Below, piece by piece: positions 8,592 to 17,394 of a stretch of 42,722 bases of DNA. The DNA lies in assembly GCA_024763435.1 (NCBI GenBank), contig JANTFN010000001.1, forward strand, positions 1 through 42,722. Direction: 5' to 3'. A program made the position numbers and the translations under genes. Below the pieces are notes generated by a model. It saw only the letters and a program-made list of their open reading frames with translations. It did not search any database and was not told the origin of the DNA. The stretch is from Thermodesulfobacteriota bacterium. Lineage in GTDB: Bacteria > Desulfobacterota > S145-22. Numbering within the stretch: the stretch's first letter is position 1; each line of letters begins with the position of its first letter.

Positions 8592-9539
8592 ACTTTCTGA
8601 AAAAATATTATCCATTTTATTCATTGCGATAAGCGCTTTCTGAATTCGTTCATATCTCTTTTTTCTGGAATTTTTGGTCCAGCGATAAAACCCTTCCCCG
8701 GTTTTCACCCCTAGTTTTTTGGCCTTGATCTGTCGGAGAAGCAGGCGGCTCGGTTTCGTATCGCTTTTAATTTCAGGAACCAGGGCGTTATAAATGGAAA
8801 GCTTGAGATCTGCCCCGATAATATCGCACTGTTCAAAGGGGCCCATCACACCTAATCGCCTTCCGAAACTGCTTTTTATAGCCATGTCCACCTCTTCCGG
8901 CGAGGCAATACCCTGTTCAACCACGTTGAAGGCCTCCCTGAATAAAGCTATTTGAATCCGGTTCGCGATAAAACCAGGAACCTCTTTTTTTACGACAACC
9001 ACCCTTTTCCCTATTCCTTTTAAAAGGGCAATCATAGTTTTTAAGGTTTTTTCACCTGTTTTTTCACCTTTAACAACCTCGACCAGAGGGATAAGATAAG
9101 GAGGATTAAAATAGTGCGTTCCAAGAACACGGTCAGGATAATTAATGCTGCCGGCATACTGACTCGGCGTAAAAGAAGAACTGTTGCTTGCCAGAATAAC
9201 ATTCCGGGGACATACCCTGTCAAGATGTTTAAAGAGGCCTTTCTTCAAGGGAAGATTTTCGCTGATGGCTTCAATAACAACATCGGCATTTTCCACGGCT
9301 GCTTCGAGAGTGTCATGAATTTGAACAGCGGCCAGGATAGCTTTAATCTTTTTTTCGAATATTAAATGATTTTTTGCCATAAAAACAAGGTTGGTCTCGA
9401 TCCTCTCCAGCACAGTTTCCCGAATAGCGGGATCATCATCAAAAATAGAAACTTCCAAACCATAGCAGGCGAACTCCTGGCCAATTCCGTGCCCCATAAG
9501 CCCCCCGCCAATAAGGGTTATGCGCTTTACAGGCTCCAT
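8544..9539 (-). CDS. 3-hydroxyacyl-CoA (3-hydroxybutyryl-CoA) dehydrogenase family protein
   Basis: N-terminal Rossmann motif 'ITLIGGGLMGHGIG', plus 'HYFNPP', 'PGFIANR' and C-terminal 'KTGEGFY'. Confidence 0.8.
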   Translation of the reverse strand: MEPVKRITLIGGGLMGHGIGQEFACYGLEVSIFDDDPAIRETVLERIETNLVFMAKNHLIFEKKIKAILAAVQIHDTLEAAVENADVVIEAISENLPLKKGLFKHLDRVCPRNVILASNSSSFTPSQYAGSINYPDRVLGTHYFNPPYLIPLVEVVKGEKTGEKTLKTMIALLKGIGKRVVVVKKEVPGFIANRIQIALFREAFNVVEQGIASPEEVDMAIKSSFGRRLGVMGPFEQCDIIGADLKLSIYNALVPEIKSDTKPSRLLLRQIKAKKLGVKTGEGFYRWTKNSRKKRYERIQKALIAMNKMDNIFSESSGKNREPEDKGKKGK

Positions 9540-9568
9540 GAGTTATAACCTCCTTGGGCAAGCAGGCT

Positions 9569-10783
9569 TTACGCCTTTTGGTCTTGTCGCGCCCCATTTT
9601 TTGTGGCGGCAATAAGGCTCAGGATAACGATGACAATAGAAAGAGAAACCGCCGCCATAAACAGAAAAACCGCCTGGATCGACCAGGTCGCCTTAACCCA
9701 CCCGACAAGCTGTACGGCGAAAGCGCCGACCCCGAATGTCAGCGTGAACTTTGTCCCATAAGCCGAATGCCGGAGATGACGGGGCGTATAAGCAGAGACA
9801 AGAGAATTTTCAACCGGCTGCATCCCGAGGAGGAAAAAACTGTAAAATACGGCGATGGCAACAAGGGACACGTTCGTGAAAAAAGCCATTCCGAGGGCAC
9901 CCAAAAAGGCCAGGGCGTGAAAGGTGAGGTACGAACGCCTCAGGTCATAACGGTCAGCGATATACCCTCCCACATATTGTCCGGCAACGCCAATCGTGAA
10001 AACCATGGACGTCAACAGGGAAGCGGTGACATTGTGGGACTTCAGAAAATGAAATCCCGAGGCAAGGGCCTTCAACAGGTCCGGGTTTCGCAGTTCAAGA
10101 AGGGACGGAAGGGTCACGGTCAACCCCCGAAAGGCGATACCCCCCAGCATCATGGCGATACAAAGGATGATAAAGGCCTTGAGCATCCCCGCCGGTTGCT
10201 CTTTTCCAGGGGCTTCTTTTTTTTCCGGCTCCGGAAACTTCAGGCCGAGAAGGAGCAGGGCACCAATAAAGTTGAATCCGCCGAGAAAAATATAGGCCGC
10301 TTTCGGCCCCCACAGCCAGTTAATATACCCCGTAATCAGGGGTGACAGGGCCAGGCCCAGGTTTCCCGCCATGCCATTATATCCCAGTCCCTTGCCGATT
10401 TGTTTGACTCCTTTTGAAATCAGACCCAGGCCCGCGGGATGGTAGATTCCCGAGAAAATGCCGATGCCCGCGAGGAAAAGGGAAAATCCCCACGCGGATT
10501 TCAGGGAAAAAGCGGCGAGCAGGGCACAGACCCCGGAGCCGACAAAAAAAGTGGTCAGCATCTTGCGCGATCCCAGTTTGTCGGTTACCATTCCCCAGGG
10601 GAGCGCGGAAATGCCAAAAAAGAGATACATCAGAAAGGAAAGGTGAATCACGTGAGAAAAATCCCTCTGATAAAAACGCGTCAGGGGCAGAAGCAGAACG
10701 GGGAAGGCCATCATATTAAAGTGGCTCATAAAATGCCCGAAGCAGGTAACGGTAATAATCTGGCGTTCCCGAGTATCCATCAT
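9569..10783 (-). CDS. MFS transporter
   Basis: About 12 predicted hydrophobic segments. I place the start at ATG 10783 ('MMDTRERQ') because AAGGGAG lies 6 nt upstream. The longer track ORF (to 10939) adds a non-membrane extension with no RBS. Confidence 0.7.
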   Translation of the reverse strand: MMDTRERQIITVTCFGHFMSHFNMMAFPVLLLPLTRFYQRDFSHVIHLSFLMYLFFGISALPWGMVTDKLGSRKMLTTFFVGSGVCALLAAFSLKSAWGFSLFLAGIGIFSGIYHPAGLGLISKGVKQIGKGLGYNGMAGNLGLALSPLITGYINWLWGPKAAYIFLGGFNFIGALLLLGLKFPEPEKKEAPGKEQPAGMLKAFIILCIAMMLGGIAFRGLTVTLPSLLELRNPDLLKALASGFHFLKSHNVTASLLTSMVFTIGVAGQYVGGYIADRYDLRRSYLTFHALAFLGALGMAFFTNVSLVAIAVFYSFFLLGMQPVENSLVSAYTPRHLRHSAYGTKFTLTFGVGAFAVQLVGWVKATWSIQAVFLFMAAVSLSIVIVILSLIAATKNGARQDQKA

Positions 10784-10850
10784 ATAATCTCCCTTGTATC
10801 TGTTTACTTGAGAGAAGTAAAGAACCCTGTCGTGGAGCCATAAATATTTT

Positions 10851-11387
10851 ATGAATAAAAATACCTGCCAATATACTGAAACTCTGTTTGAATGCGGGAA
10901 GAGATATGTAACACTGGAAAGGCGCGTGCGACAAGCCATCGACCGAATCGTCTCCCCCGTCTGTTCGTCCTGTATCCGGGTTTGCTGCAGGGCCGCTTAT
11001 TGCAGGGAAACACCAAAAAATCCCTGGTATTATTTCCTCTTCACGCAGTTCAGTGGGGGGCAAGATATCGACTGGGAAAAAACATCCCCGCCCCCCGGCC
11101 TGGGACGAAACGGCTGCGAAATACGGGTCGGCAGATATGCCTATTGTTATGCCTACAACTGCCGGGCGGTCCTGATGTCATTGGAAACAGATCAGGCAAG
11201 GGATTATTTCAGGAAATTGTCAGAAATATTGAAAGACATCGGGCTCAATTTTGCGGATAAAAGGCATTTAACGGATATCCGCAACTGGGACGACATAACC
11301 CGGCCCCGTCTGCTGGCTCTGAATGAACGCATCAAAGAGGGAGAAACACGCTTTTCCGAACTTTCCACCCACCTTTTTAAGGATTAA
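10851..11387 (+). CDS. Hypothetical Cys-rich protein
   Basis: 178-aa ORF divergent from the MFS gene. Cys cluster 'CSSCIRVCCRAAYC' plus 'GCEIRVGRYAYCYAYNC'. I recognise no family. Confidence 0.5.
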   Translation: MNKNTCQYTETLFECGKRYVTLERRVRQAIDRIVSPVCSSCIRVCCRAAYCRETPKNPWYYFLFTQFSGGQDIDWEKTSPPPGLGRNGCEIRVGRYAYCYAYNCRAVLMSLETDQARDYFRKLSEILKDIGLNFADKRHLTDIRNWDDITRPRLLALNERIKEGETRFSELSTHLFKD

Positions 11388-11594
11388 CCCGGTGTGAAAC
11401 AGGCCCAAGATTACGCTTGCCCTTCCTGAATTTATATTCCCTTCTTTTCCTGGCCGTGGTTAATTATATTTTTGAGGGAACCTCCAAAATTTTCCTTTAA
11501 ATCTTGAAAACCTGTCACCTATACAAAGTGCAACAGGGTTTTTGTTGACGAAATAGGGGATATAATGTATTCTATTACAAAAAGGAGGAATACA

Positions 11595-12482
11595 ATGAAC
11601 CCTCTTGTTCTCAAAGGGGTTTTACCGCCGGTTGCCACCCCTTTTCTCAATGACGAGGTAGCGCTTGATGCGCTTAAACGAAATCTCAAAAAATATAATC
11701 AAACAGGCCTTTCAGGTTATCTTATCCTGGGCTCCAACGGAGAAGGCGTTTATCTCAGCGAGAAAGAGAAGCAGCGTGTTTTAGAGGCGGCACGCGAAGC
11801 CATTCCTGAAGATATGATTTTCATGGCAGGTACCGGCCAGGAATCAACACGGGCAACGATCCGCCTGACGAACCAGGCCGCGGAGAGCGGGGCCGACTGC
11901 GCCCTGGTCGTGACACCCAATTTTTACAAGGGCGGGATGACCCGAGAGGCCCTGAACCGCCATTATCTTACCATTGCGGATTCCGCCAAGATTCCTATTC
12001 TTATCTACAATGTTCCGCAATTCACGGGAATAAATATTGCGCCGGAGCTGATTGAGAACCTCGCATCTCACCCCAATATCGCGGGCATCAAGGATAGTTC
12101 GGGGAATATCGGGCAACTTGCCGAAATTATCCGTACGACACCGAATGGGTTTGCCGTATTCGTGGGAAACGCCCCGGTCTTTTTCCCCGCCCTGTGTATC
12201 GGTGCCACGGGGGGCATCCTCGCCGTTGCCAATATAATCCCGGAGGCTTGTGTTGAAATAAAAAAGCAGTATGACGCCGGTAATCTGGAAAAGGCCCGAC
12301 AACTACAGGCAGATATGACGCCTCTGGCGCGATGGGTTACTTCCGGGCATGGCATCGGGGGGTTGAAGACGGCCATGGAAGAGATGGGTTACGATGGTGG
12401 CCTTCCCCGGCTGCCCTTGTTGCCCCCGAAAAAACACGACCTGCAATCTCTCCGTGAGCTTCTTCAGCCTTTTCGTTCCTGA
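11595..12482 (+). CDS. DapA/NAL-family class I aldolase (dihydrodipicolinate synthase family)
   Basis: 'GSNGEG', 'YNVPQFTG' and 'IAGIKDSSG' (Schiff-base Lys). I place the start at ATG 11595, behind AGGAGG at 11584-11589. The track start at 11565 has no RBS. Confidence 0.75.
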   Translation: MNPLVLKGVLPPVATPFLNDEVALDALKRNLKKYNQTGLSGYLILGSNGEGVYLSEKEKQRVLEAAREAIPEDMIFMAGTGQESTRATIRLTNQAAESGADCALVVTPNFYKGGMTREALNRHYLTIADSAKIPILIYNVPQFTGINIAPELIENLASHPNIAGIKDSSGNIGQLAEIIRTTPNGFAVFVGNAPVFFPALCIGATGGILAVANIIPEACVEIKKQYDAGNLEKARQLQADMTPLARWVTSGHGIGGLKTAMEEMGYDGGLPRLPLLPPKKHDLQSLRELLQPFRS

Positions 12483-12504
12483 CGGCAGAAAAGCCAAGGT
12501 TGCC

Positions 12505-12533
12505 TTGACTTTAACAGGATATGCCTTTATGTT
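12505..12533 (+). promoter_or_regulatory. Candidate sigma70-type promoter for the GGDEF gene
   Basis: TTGACT (12505-12510), a 17-nt spacer, then TATGTT (12528-12533). Confidence 0.35.
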
Positions 12534-12578
12534 GAAGAAAATGGCGGGAGTAAACGTGTAACAATTACTGGAAAAGGA

Positions 12579-13616
12579 GTGAGCGTAAAAAACTCAAAAA
12601 TACGGGTAAATATTCAAAAAAAGGCTCGATCCATGGAGAATCTAACGAAAGATATAGCGGAAATCGCGCGCGTCGCCCTTAAAAAAATTGTCTCGGAAAA
12701 ACGATTACCCACCCCCCATATCTACGAGATGGAATTCATTGAGGCAGCGGAGACCCTTAAAAAAGACAGGGTCCTTAAATACCTCACGGAAGACGAAAAA
12801 AACCTCGAACAACAGATCCAGGCTGTTCTTGATGATACAGGCGGGCTTTTGTCCTCTCTGCAGATTTCCCTTGGTATGTTTGAAGAAGACAGCCGCGGGC
12901 ATATTGCCGTTATGGATGAATCGATAGAATCCATCCGCTCTGTTTCTGACGCGATGCAGGGCGCGGGGCTTGAAGGCCTGCTATCCGAAATAACCAAACT
13001 CAAAGATACGAATCACCAATTGGTGGAAAGCCTTTCCCAAACGCGGGAGGAGCTTTCTTCAAAGGAAAAAACACTGCGGGATCTTGAAAACCTGGCACAA
13101 ACAGACCCCCTCACACAACTCTTGAATCGCCGGAGCTGGAATAAACAGCTGGAAGAGGAATTTGAACGATCCAGCCGATATCACCACGTTTTTTCCGTCA
13201 TTATGCTGGATATTGATTATTTCAAACGGTTTAACGATTTTTACGGTCATCCCGTCGGGGATGCCATTCTTAGAAAGTTAGGGGCCCTTTTGAAGGAGAG
13301 CGTTCGAAAGATTGACGCTGTTTTTCGATACGGGGGGGAAGAATTTACCGTCCTTCTCCCGGAAACACCCCTTTCCGTTGCCCGAACAGTCGCTGAACGA
13401 ATTCACAAAAAAATAAATACGACGGTGTTTGTGGACGCAAAAAAGAGGCTTGAGCTGAAGGTTACCGCCTCTCTTGGTGTCGCTGACAGCGAGGGATTAA
13501 ACACCCCAAGCGCAATCCTTGAAGCGGCAGACCAGGCCCTTTACCTGAGCAAGCAATCGGGGCGCAACTGTATCCGAACCGCCTTGGATTTTGCTCCTGT
13601 AAATTCAACATCTTAA
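12579..13616 (+). CDS. Diguanylate cyclase (GGDEF domain) with an N-terminal coiled-coil region
   Basis: 'RYGGEEF' active site. An RxxD I-site ('RKID') lies 5 residues upstream. 'DPLTQLLNRR' and 'DIDYFKRFND' are present. The start is ambiguous between GTG 12579 and ATG 12633. Confidence 0.8.
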   Translation: MSVKNSKIRVNIQKKARSMENLTKDIAEIARVALKKIVSEKRLPTPHIYEMEFIEAAETLKKDRVLKYLTEDEKNLEQQIQAVLDDTGGLLSSLQISLGMFEEDSRGHIAVMDESIESIRSVSDAMQGAGLEGLLSEITKLKDTNHQLVESLSQTREELSSKEKTLRDLENLAQTDPLTQLLNRRSWNKQLEEEFERSSRYHHVFSVIMLDIDYFKRFNDFYGHPVGDAILRKLGALLKESVRKIDAVFRYGGEEFTVLLPETPLSVARTVAERIHKKINTTVFVDAKKRLELKVTASLGVADSEGLNTPSAILEAADQALYLSKQSGRNCIRTALDFAPVNSTS

Positions 13617-13697
13617 ACAAGTCAGGGGATACGGCAATTCAAACGTTTTTTCAGGCTGTAATCCTCGTTATATCCGGTTTGATTTCCTGTTTTTTCA

Positions 13698-13726
13698 TTG
13701 ACTTGAGCGCCAAAATAACCTAATAT
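13698..13726 (+). promoter_or_regulatory. Candidate sigma70-type promoter for gyrA
   Basis: TTGACT (13698-13703), a 17-nt spacer, then TAATAT (13721-13726). It sits about 30 nt upstream of the AAGGAGG at 13753-13759. Confidence 0.45.
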
Positions 13727-13763
13727 AGATAAGTTTAGAAAGGAAATCAGGTAAGGAGGAAAA

Positions 13764-16187
13764 ATCATCCAGAATACCATACCAACTCCTGTAAATATCG
13801 AAGAGGAGATGAAACGCTCTTACATGGATTATGCGATGAGCGTTATCATGGGGCGTGCCCTTCCCGATGCCCGTGACGGACTGAAACCTGTCCACCGGCG
13901 GATTATTTTCGCCATGTACAAGATGGGTAATTTCTGGAACAGGGAAACGAAGAAATCGGCCCGTGTTGTCGGTGATGTTATTGGTAAATATCATCCGCAT
14001 GGAGATTCCGCCGTGTATGACGCCATTGTGCGGATGGCACAGGATTTCTCGCTGCGTTATCCCCTTGTCTACGGACAGGGGAATTTCGGATCTATCGATG
14101 GGGATCCCCCGGCCGCCATGCGTTATACCGAAGTGCGCATGACGCGTCTCACGCACAGCCTCCTCGAAGATATTGAAAAGGATACCGTTGATTTTATCCC
14201 CAATTATGACGCGACCCTGACCGAACCGCTTCTCATGCCTACACGCTTTCCCGTGCTGCTTGCTAACGGCGCTTCGGGCATTGCGGTTGGAATGTCAACC
14301 AACATTCCCCCTCACAATCTGAATGAGCTGATCAGCGGCATCAAGGCAGTGATTAAAAATCCAGATCTTTCCTTCGAAGAATTGATAGCGCATATTCCGG
14401 GTCCGGATTTCCCAACAGCCGGCTACATCCTCGGAAGAGAGGGAATCCTGTCCGCCTATAAAACCGGCCGGGGTATCATCCACATGCGCGCGCGCACCCA
14501 TATTGAAAAGGTCAAGACCTCGGACCGGGCACGCATCATCGTAACGGAAATTCCGTATCAGACCAATAAGAGCAAAATTATCGAACGGGTCGCGCGCCTG
14601 GTACAGACAAAGGTTATCGAGGGCATTTCAGATATACGGGATGAAACAGACCGGGAAGGCCTCCGTATTGTTATCGACCTCAAACGGGGAGAAACCCCTG
14701 AAATTGTTCTCAACCAACTTTTTAAACATACGCAGCTTCAAGGCTCTTTTGGTATCATTATGCTCGCGGTTTTGAACAACCAGCCAAGAATTTTCACCCT
14801 CCGTCAGCTTATTGATCTGTTTATCGCCTTTCGTCTGGAAATTATTGTCAGGCGGTGCCAGTTTGAACTGAAAAAAGCCCAGGCCCGAGCCCATCTCCTT
14901 GAAGGCTTCAAGATCATCCTGGACCACCTGGACGCGGCTATTGCCCTGATTCGCGCATCCCGCCTCCCCGCGGAAGCAAGGCAGGGACTCATGAAAAAAT
15001 TCGGGCTTTCGGAAACGCAGGCTCAGGCAATTCTGGAAATGCGTCTGCAACGTCTGACTGGACTTGAGCGGGAAAAAATACTCAGTGAATACCGGGATAT
15101 TATTCAGACAATTGCCCGCCTTGAGGAAATTTTGTCTAACGAAGGTCTGCGGAAGGAAATTGTTGTTGAGGAACTTGACCATATCGAAGAACTGGTTCAT
15201 GATCCCAGGCGTACTGAAATTATCGCAGACCAGGGTGAAATTGGAATTGAGGATATTATCGCGGAAGAGGAGATGCTCGTAACCATTTCCTTCCGGGGCT
15301 ACATCAAGCGCGTTTCCCCGCGCCTTTACAGGAGTCAGAACCGTGGGGGGAAAGGCCGCATTGGAATGAATATCAAGGATGAAGATTTCGTAACCCGGAT
15401 CTTTACCGCCTCTACTCATGACTACATCCTGTTTTTTACCAACCAGGGCAGGGTTTACGCCCTGAAGGTGCATGAATTGCCGTATGTCAGCCCCACCTCG
15501 CGAGGGCGCTCAATCGTCAATCTTATCAACCTTAAAAAGGGAGAGACTGTTACCACGGCCTTTTCCCTGAAGCATTTCGAATCCTTTCCCTATGTTCTCT
15601 TTATTACGAAAAAAGGCACCGTTAAAAAAACAGCGCTGGTAGCTTACAAACACATTAACAGCAGCGGTATTCTTGCTATCAATCTCCGCGAAGACGACAG
15701 CCTTGTTAAGGTCCTCGGCGTTAATGATGATCAGCAGGTTATTGTTTGCAGCCATCTTGGAAAGGCAATACGTTTTGCTGTGAAGGATATTCGTTCCATG
15801 GGACGCGTTGCCACCGGCGTACGCGCTATTCGCCTTTCTGCCGGGGATTCAATTATCGGGATGGATATCGTACAGGAAGGGGCTACCCTGCTCACCGTCA
15901 CGGAAAAGGGATATGGGAAACGAAGCGATTTTAAGGCCTATCGAACGCAGACTCGAGGGGGAAGTGGTGTTATCAATATAAAAACAACAGAGAAGGTCGG
16001 CCCCGCCGCTGGAATTCTGAAGGTAGAGGATCAGGATGGCGTCGTTCTCATCACGAGTTCAGGCAAACTTATTCGTCTTGCCGTGAAAGATATCTCTGTT
16101 ATAGGGCGTAACACCCAGGGAGTGCGTCTTATTAACATCCCCGAGGGTGAAACCGTGGCCGCAATTACAAAACTTTTGGATCAATAA
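13764..16187 (+). CDS. gyrA: DNA gyrase subunit A
   Basis: '[28 protein letters not shown]' and '[11 protein letters not shown]' are unmistakable. The first canonical start is ATG 13809. However, in-frame upstream codons encode '[10 protein letters not shown]', matching the conserved GyrA N-terminus, behind a strong SD. I therefore propose an AUC start at 13764 or 13767. Confidence 0.9.
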   Translation: MIQNTIPTPVNIEEEMKRSYMDYAMSVIMGRALPDARDGLKPVHRRIIFAMYKMGNFWNRETKKSARVVGDVIGKYHPHGDSAVYDAIVRMAQDFSLRYPLVYGQGNFGSIDGDPPAAMRYTEVRMTRLTHSLLEDIEKDTVDFIPNYDATLTEPLLMPTRFPVLLANGASGIAVGMSTNIPPHNLNELISGIKAVIKNPDLSFEELIAHIPGPDFPTAGYILGREGILSAYKTGRGIIHMRARTHIEKVKTSDRARIIVTEIPYQTNKSKIIERVARLVQTKVIEGISDIRDETDREGLRIVIDLKRGETPEIVLNQLFKHTQLQGSFGIIMLAVLNNQPRIFTLRQLIDLFIAFRLEIIVRRCQFELKKAQARAHLLEGFKIILDHLDAAIALIRASRLPAEARQGLMKKFGLSETQAQAILEMRLQRLTGLEREKILSEYRDIIQTIARLEEILSNEGLRKEIVVEELDHIEELVHDPRRTEIIADQGEIGIEDIIAEEEMLVTISFRGYIKRVSPRLYRSQNRGGKGRIGMNIKDEDFVTRIFTASTHDYILFFTNQGRVYALKVHELPYVSPTSRGRSIVNLINLKKGETVTTAFSLKHFESFPYVLFITKKGTVKKTALVAYKHINSSGILAINLREDDSLVKVLGVNDDQQVIVCSHLGKAIRFAVKDIRSMGRVATGVRAIRLSAGDSIIGMDIVQEGATLLTVTEKGYGKRSDFKAYRTQTRGGSGVINIKTTEKVGPAAGILKVEDQDGVVLITSSGKLIRLAVKDISVIGRNTQGVRLINIPEGETVAAITKLLDQ

Positions 16188-17210
16188 ATGAAGAAGACTG
16201 AAAATATATCGGTTGTAGGCGGCGGAAGCTGGGGAACGGCCATCGCGTGCCATCTTGCCAGAAATGGTCATGCCGTCAGAATGTGGGTTTATGAAAAGGA
16301 GGTAGCAGACGGCATTAATACACGCCATGTAAATCCTTTTTTTCTCAGCGATGTTTCTCTTCCGGACACAATCCGCGCAACAACAGATATGGAAGAGGCC
16401 TTAACCCATACCGGATCTCTTGTGATGGTTGTTCCCTCAAATTTTTACCGGCATGTCGCGAGATCTCTTTCACCCTTTCTTTCGGATGAAACCTTCATCC
16501 TGAACGCCTCAAAAGGCATTGAGGATGAATCTCTCCGGTTGATGACACAAATTCTGGAAGAGGAACTTCCGGAAAAATTTCACCGGCGTATCGCATGTCT
16601 TTCCGGACCGAGCTTCGCACGTGAAGTTGCCGGGGAAAAATTTACTGCTGCGACTATTGCCTCCTCCCGGGAGGAGACCTCACAATTTTTTCAGCGTATT
16701 TTTAATGGACGCTTCTTTCGAACTTACATCCATCATGACCCCATCGGCGTTCAATTAGGCGGCGCCTTGAAAAATGTTATCGCGATTGCCGTTGGAATTG
16801 CTGATGGCAAGGAAATGGGGCTCAACGCGCGCGCTGCTCTTATTACACGAAGCCTCGCTGAAATAACAAGAATCGGCATGGTTATGGGTGCGGACGCGAC
16901 AACATTTCTCGGACTTGCCGGCCTGGGTGATCTGGTCTTAACCTGTACGGGAAACCTCAGCAGAAACAGAACGGTTGGCCTGAAACTTGGCCAGGGAATG
17001 CGCCTTAAGACAATAACAAACGATATGAAAATGATTGCGGAGGGAATTTTAAATACCAAAAGCGCGTATGCCCTTGCAAACAAACTGAAGGTTCGCGCAC
17101 CTGTTATTTCAGGGATGTATCGTATTCTTTTTAAAGATGCCTCTGTTGAAGAAATCCTTGAAACACTTCTGGCACGGGAACCAGGAAAAGAGATGGCCGG
17201 CTTAGGATAG
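16188..17210 (+). CDS. gpsA: NAD(P)H-dependent glycerol-3-phosphate dehydrogenase
   Basis: 'VVGGGSWGTAIA', 'SGPSFAREV' and 'LKNVIAIAVGI'. The ATG abuts the gyrA stop. Confidence 0.9.
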   Translation: MKKTENISVVGGGSWGTAIACHLARNGHAVRMWVYEKEVADGINTRHVNPFFLSDVSLPDTIRATTDMEEALTHTGSLVMVVPSNFYRHVARSLSPFLSDETFILNASKGIEDESLRLMTQILEEELPEKFHRRIACLSGPSFAREVAGEKFTAATIASSREETSQFFQRIFNGRFFRTYIHHDPIGVQLGGALKNVIAIAVGIADGKEMGLNARAALITRSLAEITRIGMVMGADATTFLGLAGLGDLVLTCTGNLSRNRTVGLKLGQGMRLKTITNDMKMIAEGILNTKSAYALANKLKVRAPVISGMYRILFKDASVEEILETLLAREPGKEMAGLG

Positions 17211-17301
17211 ATAGCACTTGAAATGTTATCATAAGTGTTTTATAGTGGGATATCCAGTGGGTATTCCAGAAAATCGAATAACCTTACAAAAAGGGGAAAA
17301 G

Positions 17302-17321
17302 TTATCAACATTTGTTGATAA
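17302..17321. promoter_or_regulatory. Inverted pair of DnaA boxes upstream of dnaA
   Basis: TTATCAACA-tt-TGTTGATAA. Each half has one mismatch to TTATCCACA. The pair lies just upstream of a TTGACA hexamer at 17340-17345. Confidence 0.5.
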
Positions 17322-17394
17322 ATATGTGAATTACCAATGTTGACAGGGTTTCTCACTATCTTTCTAACAATACCGCACCTATTTTAAAAAATTT

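Noticed and set aside
9554-10345. 263-aa + strand ORF rich in R/K/G.
   Set aside because: It is antisense to the MFS transporter gene. The highly basic low-complexity product is typical of reading a membrane-protein gene backwards.
10784-10939. 52-codon N-terminal extension of the MFS ORF.
   Set aside because: It has no RBS and a non-membrane, aromatic-rich sequence. The internal ATG 10783 has AAGGGAG upstream and begins the typical MFS N-terminus.
11388-11594. Possible lysine riboswitch (L-box) in the 207-nt leader of the DapA-family gene.
   Set aside because: I could not find the conserved L-box core elements. The enzyme's motifs (GSNGEG, IKDSSG) also point to a DapA-like aldolase rather than true DapA. 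Only a weak hairpin plus T-run (11511-11545) is present.
14628-15473. 281-aa minus-strand ORF.
   Set aside because: It is antisense to gyrA, whose identity is unambiguous.
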